Assembly: GCA_963713855.1 (NCBI GenBank)
Contig: OY970209.1
Location: forward strand, 1,376,001-1,440,000
From: an uncultured bacterium
GTDB taxonomy: Bacteria > Babelota > Babeliae > Babelales > Babelaceae
Length of the DNA: 64,000 nt
Reading direction: 5' to 3'
Shown: one piece after another, positions 42,439-52,238 of the stretch
Numbering within the stretch: position 1 is the stretch's first letter
Layout of the letters: every line of letters begins with the position of its first letter
Notes under the pieces: generated by a model
Seen by the model: only the letters and a program-made list of their open reading frames with translations
Database searches by the model: none
Told to the model about the DNA's origin: nothing
Translations under genes and position numbers: made by a program

Positions 42439-42538
42439 TATTAGCCTTACATTCACCAAAGGTTTTACGAAACTATACCATAAAAGCTGATGTATCATAC
42501 GTAAAAAAAACTAAATTACGTAAAGCACCCGTGACATA

Positions 42539-43778
42539 TCAAATACGAAGCGCTGATTTAGTAAACTCATTTTGAAATAATCCATAGGGATCATGGTGCC
42601 TAATAGCTTTTTTTAGCTTTGTAAAATCGTAATTCTCTACTACTTCAGGTTCTAAGACGGTTTTTCCAAGATGGGGTTTGTCTCCAAGTTCTACAAGAAT
42701 TTTGCTTAAATCACGTACCATTAAACGAGCATTTTTTTGTTGATCGTTCAAAGTCACCTCAACTAAAGTGGTATCTCGCCCATATGCTAAATCGTTAATA
42801 ATCTCAGTTGCTTTTTGAAAACGGCACCAAAACCGCAAGACATATGTTCCTTTCTTCCGAAAGGCGCTTATTATTTCCATAATACGTTCGTATGCATGAA
42901 CCAGATTTTTTTGGTCAAGTGCGTATTCCAATGAAAAAGCGTGGGAGCGAGGAACGTGCTCAAAATAGTCAAACTTACCTCTAATAGCATCAGGTTCATA
43001 GGTAAATAATTCTGACGCAAAAATGCCGATCGCGGGAATCCACGTAGTTAACAAAACTTCAAGCTTGGAAACTATGCGGCTCGAAAGTGGCATAAGAGAC
43101 AAATCCCAAAAAAGACGCTTCAAGCTACGATGAGCCTTTTCTTTGGTCATAAAAATATCAGTCTTTAAAATTCTTCCTGAGTAAGGACCAAAAAGGAGAC
43201 AAAGCGTAGAAGGAGCAACGCTCAGGCCATCCAGACTTTTTAATAGCGCGTGCTTATACTTAACGCTAGTTGCTTTATAAACTTTAATGCTAAGCCGAAG
43301 GACTACACCAAGAAGCCCATAATTCACAAAAAGATCCGGATCAGTAAGTAAGCTAAGGTTTCCTTGCCCATCGACAATAAGCATGCCTATAACATGGTTG
43401 GCCATAGAATCCCAATAATGACTCCCGTTATGGGCCCCACAAAGGATTGCGCCACCAATGGTGATATACTTGCTTTCTGGAGTTCCATACAATTTTAAAT
43501 CATAGCGCTTAAGATACGTACGAATATCTTTTAAGGCCATACCCGGGGATACTGTAAGAATAGCTTCTAGTTCGTGAGAATCTGTATAATGAATGAGAGG
43601 ATCTTCAATGAAGTCACCGGTATAAATCATATGTGGAGAATCAAAGACTGAGCTATGAAGAAGCCCTTCCATAAGCGCGGACCTTTTTTTTACTTTTTAT
43701 GATATCTAAAACACGGTTATAAAGAGCAGATTCTTTGGAGCGCAAACTTTTTTCTAACTCTTGTGTTGCTACAATCAT
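42539..43778 (-). pseudogene. FAD-linked D-arabinono-1,4-lactone oxidase-like protein, probably +1 frameshifted near the N-terminus
   Basis: ITIGGAILCGAHN, GLLGVV, PHLGK, DPYGLFQN in 42539..43672; ATG43778 frame reads …KKVRAYG and joins GLLHS if one base is removed near 43668. Confidence 0.65.
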
Positions 43779-43990
43779 GCTAAACTCATAAAATAAGATA
43801 TATTTTATACTAGATAGAATAGTTGCTCCAAATCAAGCAAAATCGCAAGCTATCGCAACTAAATCGTTGCAGTTATGCTATAAGCTTGGGCTAGTTGTTC
43901 TATGCAGATTCCTTTTTTTTTGCTATTTTGATCGTCAATGTCTGCTATTTACTAGCAACTTTTGCATAAAAGAGCTTCCAAGGATTATTT

Positions 43991-44920
43991 ATGAGAGTAA
44001 GCATCTTTTTCTTTGCGCTTATTGTTATGCTACAAAACACTATAAAATGCATGGAACATCACCATTCTTCTTCTAAAGTAGTAAGGGAGCTCTATCCAAA
44101 TGCTCAAGATTTTAATGATAACGAAGATGCTGTAGACCAGTCTGAGATATATCAAGATGAAGATCTGCCTGATACCGCCGACAATCTGAATCAAGAAACT
44201 GAATATATTAGTGATGAAGACGCTACCGCAAGCAACGAAGAAGAGTATGAACCTTCACCGGAAAAGCCTAGCGCGCAAGAACTATATTACAGAAGACGAG
44301 CCCAAGAAGCACTTAATAAAAAAAAGCAAAGTTTTAGAGACAGAATGAGCCGTACTATACAGCTTTTTCTTTCCTCCATTAGAGTAGAAAGCTTACTACC
44401 ACAAGCTTACAACCTGCTTCTTACACTCATTCAGGAAATGGAAAGAAGCGAGCTAGCTGTAGGAAGCTGTGAGCTTGAAGACGAAACGACTTTGGCGCGA
44501 CATTCTCTTTTATACTACCTTCTACAAGCACGCTTCGAACAACGAAATACTGGGCTTGCTCAAGAGATTGCTTACGTCATTCTCAAAAATGCGCGTGTTG
44601 TTATTCCATTAGCTATTCCTTGCGTCGTCTTTACTTTCTCGAACGACAATGCTCTTTTAAGTAATGGCCTTCTTGGTTTTGTAGCCGCTGTTCTCGTATA
44701 TGGCGCCATTTTATTATCTGAAAAAAATCTTATACCTTGGCTAGCCTCTAATGACCCGAACTTAAGCATTCTTGACGCTATGATACAGCATGTAGCAAAG
44801 ATTGTAGCTAATGAAGGGGTAGATAAAGAAACGTATAAATATATTAAGAAGTTGCACAAAGACGAGTCGGTAGGAGCAATAGTGGATTGCTTGCTTAACA
44901 TTTCTACTAGCCGGAGTTAG
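43991..44920 (+). CDS. secreted 2-TM protein with acidic N-terminal region
   Basis: Signal + CME; D/E-rich tract; paralog of 44996. Confidence 0.75.
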   Translation: MRVSIFFFALIVMLQNTIKCMEHHHSSSKVVRELYPNAQDFNDNEDAVDQSEIYQDEDLPDTADNLNQETEYISDEDATASNEEEYEPSPEKPSAQELYYRRRAQEALNKKKQSFRDRMSRTIQLFLSSIRVESLLPQAYNLLLTLIQEMERSELAVGSCELEDETTLARHSLLYYLLQARFEQRNTGLAQEIAYVILKNARVVIPLAIPCVVFTFSNDNALLSNGLLGFVAAVLVYGAILLSEKNLIPWLASNDPNLSILDAMIQHVAKIVANEGVDKETYKYIKKLHKDESVGAIVDCLLNISTSRS

Positions 44921-44995
44921 TGATTTAGTGTCAAATAAAAAATACTAAGTCTCGTTACCAGTGAAGTGGTTTTCTTTCAAAAAGGTTAAGGATAT

Positions 44996-46177
44996 ATGCG
45001 AGTAATAGTTTTTTTAGTCACATTTATGATGCTCTATGTAACATGCAGTAATTGCATGGAGCACCCATCTGACAAAGATGAACTTAAACCAAAGCTCTTT
45101 ACTGCCCTCAAAACAAATAGGTACGAAGAGGCAAAAGAAATTTTGTCTGCAATGTATAGATCTACCGATGGTGATGCATTCAATATCAATGCAATCAAAG
45201 ATAAAAATGGGAATACGCCATTACATATAGCGGGCTTTTCTGGCAACCCTGACTTAGTAAGGCTTTGTTTTAAATATGGCGCAATCATATGGCAAAAAAA
45301 TGATCTGGGACAAACGCCACTGGCATTCTTTGAAGAGTACATGGCCGAATTAGAAAATTTTGAAGATGAAAAAGAAGATAACCTTGCCTTTAAAAACCAA
45401 CAACAAATAAGAAGTTTGCTTATGCATCAGATAGAGAGCCACTATATTAGTCCTCAATTACAGCTTGTTCTTGCAAATCCTGCAGAGTTTGGGCTCATCG
45501 AATATGACGGTACTCCTCCTGATAATGGTGCTGATAGAGAAGAAGAAATCTTCGCAAAAAAAACTTCATTGCTAGACAGAGAAAGCAAAATGTTATTTGT
45601 AGAAGAAATGAGGGATGTTATATCCCGCTTTTTCATTTTACTCCAATCGAGAAGCTCTCAAATAGAGGCCCTCAAAATGCTTCGCGAATTGATCAAGGCG
45701 ATGCAAAACCGGCAATTTGAGATAGGTCACTTTCAACTTTTTGACCCCGGCACCTTAGTGAGTCATTCTCTGCTTTATCACTTACTTGAAGCACGCTCTG
45801 CTCAGAACGAAGCAATCGCAATAGGTAAACTTAACCCTCAACTCATTCCTCAAATCTTGAGTATTGCTTCCGCGCTCTTTATCTTATTCATTACTCTCAT
45901 AATCTTTGAAAACAAGTTCTTCTTGAGTGTGGGTGCAACGGCTTTTTCATATGGTGGCACTTTAATCTCAGGGCGCTATTACGTGCCAAGATTGCTCCCA
46001 CACACTCCAGCGTCTGATTGGTTTAATCCTCTTATTCAGGAAATGATAAAGGTTATTCAGGAAATGGAGGGCCTCGTTGATGAAGAAACGCGCCAGTATA
46101 TTAAGATCTTACACCAAGAAGAACCAGAGTCACCGATAATAAAAGAGCTTTATGATGCATTTTGCGATGAAGTGTAA
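44996..46177 (+). CDS. ankyrin + 2-TM protein
   Basis: GNTPLHIA, GQTPL; C-terminal domain shared with 43991 and 26442. Confidence 0.8.
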   Translation: MRVIVFLVTFMMLYVTCSNCMEHPSDKDELKPKLFTALKTNRYEEAKEILSAMYRSTDGDAFNINAIKDKNGNTPLHIAGFSGNPDLVRLCFKYGAIIWQKNDLGQTPLAFFEEYMAELENFEDEKEDNLAFKNQQQIRSLLMHQIESHYISPQLQLVLANPAEFGLIEYDGTPPDNGADREEEIFAKKTSLLDRESKMLFVEEMRDVISRFFILLQSRSSQIEALKMLRELIKAMQNRQFEIGHFQLFDPGTLVSHSLLYHLLEARSAQNEAIAIGKLNPQLIPQILSIASALFILFITLIIFENKFFLSVGATAFSYGGTLISGRYYVPRLLPHTPASDWFNPLIQEMIKVIQEMEGLVDEETRQYIKILHQEEPESPIIKELYDAFCDEV

Positions 46178-46191
46178 TGCAATCGACTTTC

Positions 46192-47733
46192 TTATGCAGG
46201 TTTCCAATATTTATCTCTGATCGCTCTCATAAGGGAACTTTTGATTTGTCGCTCTCGCTTGGATGTTTTTTCAGGATCGTTGCTTGATTGATCAGGCACA
46301 CTTTTTAGAGAATTTTTTACCTGTTTTTCCGATGGCTCATCTTTTAATCCATCCTGATTTTGCTCACTCATCGAAACAGTAATTTCTTTTGTATCGTCAA
46401 TTCTCTGAGCTTGGAACGAAGATCGCCCCATCGCTACGTCTGCATTTGAAGTAAAGCTCTCGTTATTTATTTGCTGCTCAACAGGTTCAATTTCAATGAT
46501 GTTAACGCCAGCCTCAACTTGCAACATTTCAGGAAGCATCCGCGAGGACATGTTAAAAGCCTGACAGGGTGCTGGAGTAACTAATTCATTATTTTCCTGA
46601 ATAGCTGCTTTGGGAAACTGCTGAAAAACTAAAAGAATGATTGGCGCAGAGTTTTGAGGCTCAAGAGTTGCTGGTAGAACCATAGATTTCTTTTCTGCAA
46701 ATGCTAAGGACTCTGTTGCTGACGAGGATAGCATAAGAACAGGTGACTTCTGCACAAAATCAGATCCTTGCTTGATTAATGTTTGAATGCTTACGATACC
46801 TTCTTGTACAAGCAGCTCTTTGAGTATTTTTTGTACAAAAAATAGCGGATTACCTTCTATCAGCTCCGGTATAAGATCGAGCTTAATCAAAATACTTTTT
46901 GGTGTATTGACCATCAAAATGATTTGCGTGGAAGCTTGCTTAACAGTATCCCTATTTTGGTACTGCTCATGTACCACAAGAGCACTTTTTTGACCTGTGT
47001 AATCCTTATCAAAAGAGACGTCAGTGTAATTGTACTGATCAGGCACATTACGTACGATTCGAGAAATATTAGAAGATTCGTATAGAGGTGCAATGACGGA
47101 ATCGTCAAAATAAGTAGGGTTTGATGCCTGCTCTTTTAAAAGGATTCCATTTGAAAAAGGGGAAATAATAATTGACTCAAATCGATCGAGGTTATTTGTT
47201 TTGTGAGAGAATGCTTCGGCAACTGATACCGGGTTGCGATCAATGAGCTCATTGTAAAGCGGCTGATCTAGAGACGGTGCGCTATTATTGTCACGAGCCA
47301 GAAAAAGAACAGGTTGGTCATTAGAAGACGTATCGAATTCTTCAACTTTGAGCAGCTGTGAAGGATAAAAAAACGTAGTCCAGTCCTGAAAGGCAAGACC
47401 TGCCTTAACAAGTCCCGTAATTACAAGGACGAGAGCTACCAGACTTGGAATTTGAGCTGACTGCGGATTTGCCACATCCAATGCATTTCGTATCCCGTCA
47501 TATCCAAGAAGAGTGCCCAGGGATATGCAACTGGCTGATTCAAGAGTGAGATAAATAGGACCGTAATCTGTCGACCTATCTACTTGGGTGCTCACTGCAT
47601 ACGAGTGTTGATTTTGTTTTACAAGGGCTTGAAACTTTTGGCCTTCGTTGGTCGACTGCGCTCTTAAAAGCGGTTGGTTTATCGTACAAAAAATGAGTGT
47701 GCTGAACACTATTTTTTTATTCATACAACCCAA
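46192..47733 (-). CDS. hypothetical protein
   Basis: 513 aa ORF, signal-like N-terminus, early hydrophobic segments. Confidence 0.6.
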   Translation of the reverse strand: MGCMNKKIVFSTLIFCTINQPLLRAQSTNEGQKFQALVKQNQHSYAVSTQVDRSTDYGPIYLTLESASCISLGTLLGYDGIRNALDVANPQSAQIPSLVALVLVITGLVKAGLAFQDWTTFFYPSQLLKVEEFDTSSNDQPVLFLARDNNSAPSLDQPLYNELIDRNPVSVAEAFSHKTNNLDRFESIIISPFSNGILLKEQASNPTYFDDSVIAPLYESSNISRIVRNVPDQYNYTDVSFDKDYTGQKSALVVHEQYQNRDTVKQASTQIILMVNTPKSILIKLDLIPELIEGNPLFFVQKILKELLVQEGIVSIQTLIKQGSDFVQKSPVLMLSSSATESLAFAEKKSMVLPATLEPQNSAPIILLVFQQFPKAAIQENNELVTPAPCQAFNMSSRMLPEMLQVEAGVNIIEIEPVEQQINNESFTSNADVAMGRSSFQAQRIDDTKEITVSMSEQNQDGLKDEPSEKQVKNSLKSVPDQSSNDPEKTSKRERQIKSSLMRAIRDKYWKPA

Positions 47734-47942
47734 AATACTCGGTTACTTAATCCTGAATGTTTGGATTCATAGAGGATTCATTTTAAAAACATTTACAACT
47801 CTTTGATAGAATCTGGAGTGATTCTGATCTGGTAGGCTACTATGCAAATAAAGTTTTGTAAACGTTTAGCTGTTGACGGTCTTTGTTAACAATGGTATAC
47901 CGTTGAGAAGGTTGAGTTAATTTTTAAAAAAGGAGAAATGCG

Positions 47943-49136
47943 ATGAAATTATCCCACATAATTACATGCACATTGCTATATGCAATGAACTTATCATTGT
48001 ATGCTGGTTGTTGTCTTCAATACTTTACCACCTACGATGTACCTGCAAGCTCGGGAAACGTTTCAAGGATTGCAGTTTCGCCCAATGGCTCTTATTTAGC
48101 CAGTTCAAATTGGAATCCTCCTCAATCAAGCACAGTCACCATATTTAACTTGACTGGCACTTTTTCTGCTAATTCTTACCCAATACCCCATGGAACTGCG
48201 GGCGATAATACCCCCCTTGCAATCCAATTTTCACCAAATGGTTCTTTTCTTGCCACCGCCAATACTTCAAATGACATAACAATTTTTCAAGTTAGTGCAC
48301 AAGGTGTGCTTAGCGGAGCGGTTTCCTATCCAATGGGCACTAATTGCTGTAGTAGCTTGGTATTTACGCCAGACAGCTCGCACATTGCAGTTCTTGGAAC
48401 AGGTTCAAATAGTGTTATTATGTGCGCAATATCTGGTACTGGAGTAATAACGGGAAGTACTTCCTACACACTACCTACTGGAGCCACTTCTCCACAAGCG
48501 CTGGCTATTTCACCCAACGGCTCGCTTCTTGCAACATGTAATGGTTCAGGAAATGTAACTTTATTTAAGTTGAGTAATGGCGTGCTAAGTGGAGGAACAA
48601 ATACCGCTACATCATCCGATGGTGCTAATGGGATAACGTTTTCACCTGATGGTACCTTGCTTGCAGTTGCCAATAATAGTACATTTGGTTCTGGAAATAT
48701 AAGTCTGTTTGGTGTATCAGGCGGTGCACTCAGCGCTGTTACAAATTATGCTCTACCTTCGGGTTCTCATGGCCCAACTGATCTTGCTTTCTCGCCAGAT
48801 AATGCTTGCCTTGTTGTTTCTAATGGAGGTGACTTTAGTTCAAATAACCTAAACACATTTACCGTATCTGGAGGCACGCTCACCAACGCCACGGCTTTTA
48901 CTGTTCTTGCTGGATACCCAGTATTTTTCGGATCTTATCTTGCCACAGGCGGAGGTAACGGTCCAGTGGTATTTCTCAATACTTTCTCTGAAGGCACATG
49001 TCAAACTACGACCGCAACTACAGCAACCGGGACAACAGCAACTCAAACTACGACTAGCACAACCGGTTCATCTGATGCTTCCTCCATAAGTAATTCACTT
49101 CACCTACTTTACAAGATGCGCTCCTTGTTCCAGTAA
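47943..49136 (+). CDS. secreted 7-bladed beta-propeller protein with Thr-rich tail
   Basis: 7 FSP.G..LA repeats; AAGGAG SD. Confidence 0.85.
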   Translation: MKLSHIITCTLLYAMNLSLYAGCCLQYFTTYDVPASSGNVSRIAVSPNGSYLASSNWNPPQSSTVTIFNLTGTFSANSYPIPHGTAGDNTPLAIQFSPNGSFLATANTSNDITIFQVSAQGVLSGAVSYPMGTNCCSSLVFTPDSSHIAVLGTGSNSVIMCAISGTGVITGSTSYTLPTGATSPQALAISPNGSLLATCNGSGNVTLFKLSNGVLSGGTNTATSSDGANGITFSPDGTLLAVANNSTFGSGNISLFGVSGGALSAVTNYALPSGSHGPTDLAFSPDNACLVVSNGGDFSSNNLNTFTVSGGTLTNATAFTVLAGYPVFFGSYLATGGGNGPVVFLNTFSEGTCQTTTATTATGTTATQTTTSTTGSSDASSISNSLHLLYKMRSLFQ

Positions 49137-49142
49137 CGCTTA

Positions 49143-49179
49143 TAATAGGCTGTGGAAATTGACTTTGCACAGCCTATTA
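49143..49179 (+). terminator. hairpin terminator
   Basis: TAATAGGCTGTG…CACAGCCTATTA inverted repeat just after the stop. Confidence 0.6.
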
Positions 49180-49465
49180 ACCAAATCGTTGCGTTAACAG
49201 CAAAGAGCGATACGATTTTTAAAGACTACTACTTGCAAGCTTAATTCTTGCTCTTTATACTTGTGAAAGTACTCTAAGCAAAACTAAGGAATCAGCCATG
49301 GCATCAAAGATGCTCGACTTAATTCTTTCTAGATATTTATTGTTGAGCCGTAAGCGGTAAAAAAGTAACAAGCACTATTGAAAGTGCAATAAGTCAGAAA
49401 TGGGTAAACTATTTTTCTAAGAAAGAACATTTGCCTATGATTATTTTATAAAGGAAAATCAGCGC

Positions 49466-50695
49466 ATGAAATTGATAAGCACGATCGCTATCATCTACCT
49501 TTCAAGTCTTTTCAATTTTTGCTGTGGCATGGAAGAACGCGGTAGCAACGAAAAAACAAAACAATCAAGCTGTCGCAAAGCATCGTTAGCGTTGAGAAAA
49601 AGTTTAAATTCTGGCAAATGGTGTGAGACTTCTGACTTTGAGGCATACATCGCAGCGCTAAAGAAAATGATTGAAGATGGTGCCCACGTTAACACTTTTC
49701 CTAATGCGCAAATACTTACCTCTCAAACCCCTCTTACGTCAGTGTGCAGAGTAGAAAATGGTGTTTTTTTAGATAGACTGTTAAATCGAATAAAAATGAC
49801 CAGCTTTTTACTAGAACAGGGGGCAGATCCAAATGACCGTGTCGACAGTTTTCAAGAAAAAAAAGCATTTCCCAACCCAGCTGAATTTGACTCAACAAAT
49901 CATTACTTAGCACTTAATACAGAAGCAAGCCCACTTGAATTAGTGGCCTACCATGGAGATGTTACAAGCATAATCTTACTCGCTGAGTACGGGGCTCACA
50001 TAAATCTTCAAGATGAAAACTTGGCAAAGCGCATCAATACACTTTTTGAAAACGAAGAGGCATACGCACTAGATAATATACTAAGCACATGGCGCTTTCC
50101 CCGATTTCCTTCAGCTCTTCCCACAGATAGTGCAACAAGTTGTCACGCTCAACGTCAGATTATTAAATTGATAATCTTGCAGCAAGAAAGTGAAGCTCTC
50201 AAATTTCTTGAATCCAGCGTTAATGAAATCAACCCGGAACAATTGGGAACGATTTTTCTTGTAGCTGCTGGTCAGAACATGCCAGAAATTATCAATTATA
50301 TCCTTAGGCACAATACTTCTCCTGAACTTCATCAGGAAGCATTTTTGCGAGCCTCGGCGAGCGGTCATACATCGATTATAAATCTACTTTTAGATTCCGC
50401 TATTCTTGAAACGGAAACTTGGATAGAAACGCTTAACAGGGGATTATATCTTGCGGCAATACGAGGACATGTCGAGGTAGTCAGGTTATTTAGAGAACGC
50501 TTTTCCTGGCTCAATTTTGCACTCATTGCAAATCGACTACATGAACTCTTAGAGTTAAATACCATCTCGCCAGATTATAGAATTCGCTATCGAGCGATAG
50601 ATTTTATGCTAACAGACACCTATCAAACGACGTCTTTGCTAGATAATTCACTGGCCACTCCCCAGGTAAATCTTTTAATTCCAGGATTTTTATAA
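49466..50695 (+). CDS. ankyrin repeat protein with signal peptide
   Basis: LLEQGADPN, ASASGHTSIINLLL, AAIRGHVEVVRL. Confidence 0.85.
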   Translation: MKLISTIAIIYLSSLFNFCCGMEERGSNEKTKQSSCRKASLALRKSLNSGKWCETSDFEAYIAALKKMIEDGAHVNTFPNAQILTSQTPLTSVCRVENGVFLDRLLNRIKMTSFLLEQGADPNDRVDSFQEKKAFPNPAEFDSTNHYLALNTEASPLELVAYHGDVTSIILLAEYGAHINLQDENLAKRINTLFENEEAYALDNILSTWRFPRFPSALPTDSATSCHAQRQIIKLIILQQESEALKFLESSVNEINPEQLGTIFLVAAGQNMPEIINYILRHNTSPELHQEAFLRASASGHTSIINLLLDSAILETETWIETLNRGLYLAAIRGHVEVVRLFRERFSWLNFALIANRLHELLELNTISPDYRIRYRAIDFMLTDTYQTTSLLDNSLATPQVNLLIPGFL

Positions 50696-50782
50696 TATTA
50701 GTTCCAGGTACTTTATTGAATGGAACGGTAGATAATTTGGTGCTTGGTCGTTAAAAGAAAAGGATAAGCGTAAGTAAAAAAT

Positions 50783-50813
50783 GAGTAAGATAGGAGATCT
50801 TCCTATCTTACTC
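50783..50813. terminator. hairpin between convergent genes
   Basis: GAGTAAGATAGGA-GATCT-TCCTATCTTACTC, 13-bp stem. Confidence 0.65.
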
Positions 50814-50839
50814 TAAAGCTATGGATAGCCTTGAGCTAC

Positions 50840-51139
50840 TTATTGCATATCGGACATGTCACTATCGTCTCCAGATTTGTCCATGTCCTCTTGCATTGCT
50901 TGCATACCCTTTATGACACCGGCAAGCATTAAGCCTTTCTTGGTCCTACGAAGACCTTGAGTTATTTGATCTAATGCATGATAGGCATCGCCAATACCGC
51001 GATGAGTTTGTTTGATCCCACGCATTATTTTCATTTTAGCCATTGACATGCCAGGTGACATATCTCTCATAGCAGGCATAAGCGCAAAAGATAAGCTTGG
51101 CGCTAACGTAAGTAATGTTAACAGAATAAAACGTTTCAT
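50840..51139 (-). CDS. small secreted Met-rich protein
   Basis: AAGGAG SD, signal peptide, 14 Met in 99 aa. Confidence 0.7.
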   Translation of the reverse strand: MKRFILLTLLTLAPSLSFALMPAMRDMSPGMSMAKMKIMRGIKQTHRGIGDAYHALDQITQGLRRTKKGLMLAGVIKGMQAMQEDMDKSGDDSDMSDMQ

Positions 51140-51450
51140 ATTCCTACTCCTTTGTTTGAATTGTCTAACATAGCGACTATTTAATTCTAATATAATTATT
51201 TTAATAAAATCAACATAAAGTAAATGACTCCATGACTTGAAAGTTAAGGTAAGCTTTAAGCTGAGCCTCACGCTAAGTTAATGAAGATCTTTCTTAACGT
51301 GAGATAATTGACCTGCAGCTGAAGGACACTGCGCGGCCTAGCAGCAACGCCATACTAAACGAAGCGATTTGTTTTGGTAATATTTTGAAGATATGACTCA
51401 TACATATATAAAACAGCTAGTTGGTGCTCTGGGCTTTTAATAGCAATAAT

Positions 51451-51477
51451 AGAGCCCACGTGCTAACCGTGGGCTCT
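51451..51477. terminator. hairpin downstream of 51536 gene
   Basis: AGAGCCCACG…CGTGGGCTCT. Confidence 0.5.
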
Positions 51478-51535
51478 ACCTAAATCTTAGTACGGACGCC
51501 AGAGGTCGTCATTTTCACAAATTTAACGTGTAAAG

Positions 51536-52144
51536 TTATTGACATGTAGTCATGCAAACTTTTCCTGGAGGACATTCAGGGCGCGTGAATGAAACACTTT
51601 CAGCGAGCTTGCCATTTTTTACAGGATACAAGGTTGCATCAGATAAATCTTCACTTGTGCAAATTTTTCCTTGAGGGCATTCAGGAAACGTCATACGATC
51701 GGAGGCATTCCAGCTGATCATAAGTGTTTTCATGATAGAGCTCAGAGTAACGAGAGCCTCAAATGGCAAAGTTGCAACAGAAAGTGGTATAGCTAATCCG
51801 CGTTTTTGAGCCCTAATCAGCAGCGCGATAAGACCAGCCACGCCCAAGGTAGTCAATGCGGACCCTGTGTCAAAGGCTATCGCCTCAGTTGTCGACATTG
51901 ACTCTACTTTTTTGCCAAGCCCCTTAAAAAAATCCTCGGGTGAACTAGCAAAATCTAGAGGAGCCGTAACTGTTGTCCACGCCCCTTTATCAAGCGCAGC
52001 CTTAATTTCTGCATACGTACTCTCTTGAGAGTAAGCATCCATACAAAACCACGCCGAGCCAAGAAAACTAAATAACAAAAAAAATTGTTTCATCATGTAC
52101 CTTCCACTTAAATTCATGTACCAAACCACACTCTTTATTTTCAA
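51536..52144 (-). CDS. hypothetical membrane protein with duplicated PECPxGKxC motif
   Basis: Signal peptide (start probably MMKQFF), hydrophobic pair, PECPQGKIC and PECPPGKVC. Confidence 0.65.
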   Translation of the reverse strand: MKIKSVVWYMNLSGRYMMKQFFLLFSFLGSAWFCMDAYSQESTYAEIKAALDKGAWTTVTAPLDFASSPEDFFKGLGKKVESMSTTEAIAFDTGSALTTLGVAGLIALLIRAQKRGLAIPLSVATLPFEALVTLSSIMKTLMISWNASDRMTFPECPQGKICTSEDLSDATLYPVKNGKLAESVSFTRPECPPGKVCMTTCQ

Positions 52145-52238
52145 ATATACTTACATTGTAGCAATAGCCACCTAAAAGTCAAACCAATTCGAGCTAAAAC
52201 GCCTCTAGCAGGGGGAATTTTTAAATCAAGATGCCTTC

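Noticed and set aside
51451..51477. IS200/IS605-like end or MITE (GCCCACG…CGTGGGC)
   Set aside because: Single copy, lacks the CTTTAG loop of the element's ends and has no partner end; treated as a terminator
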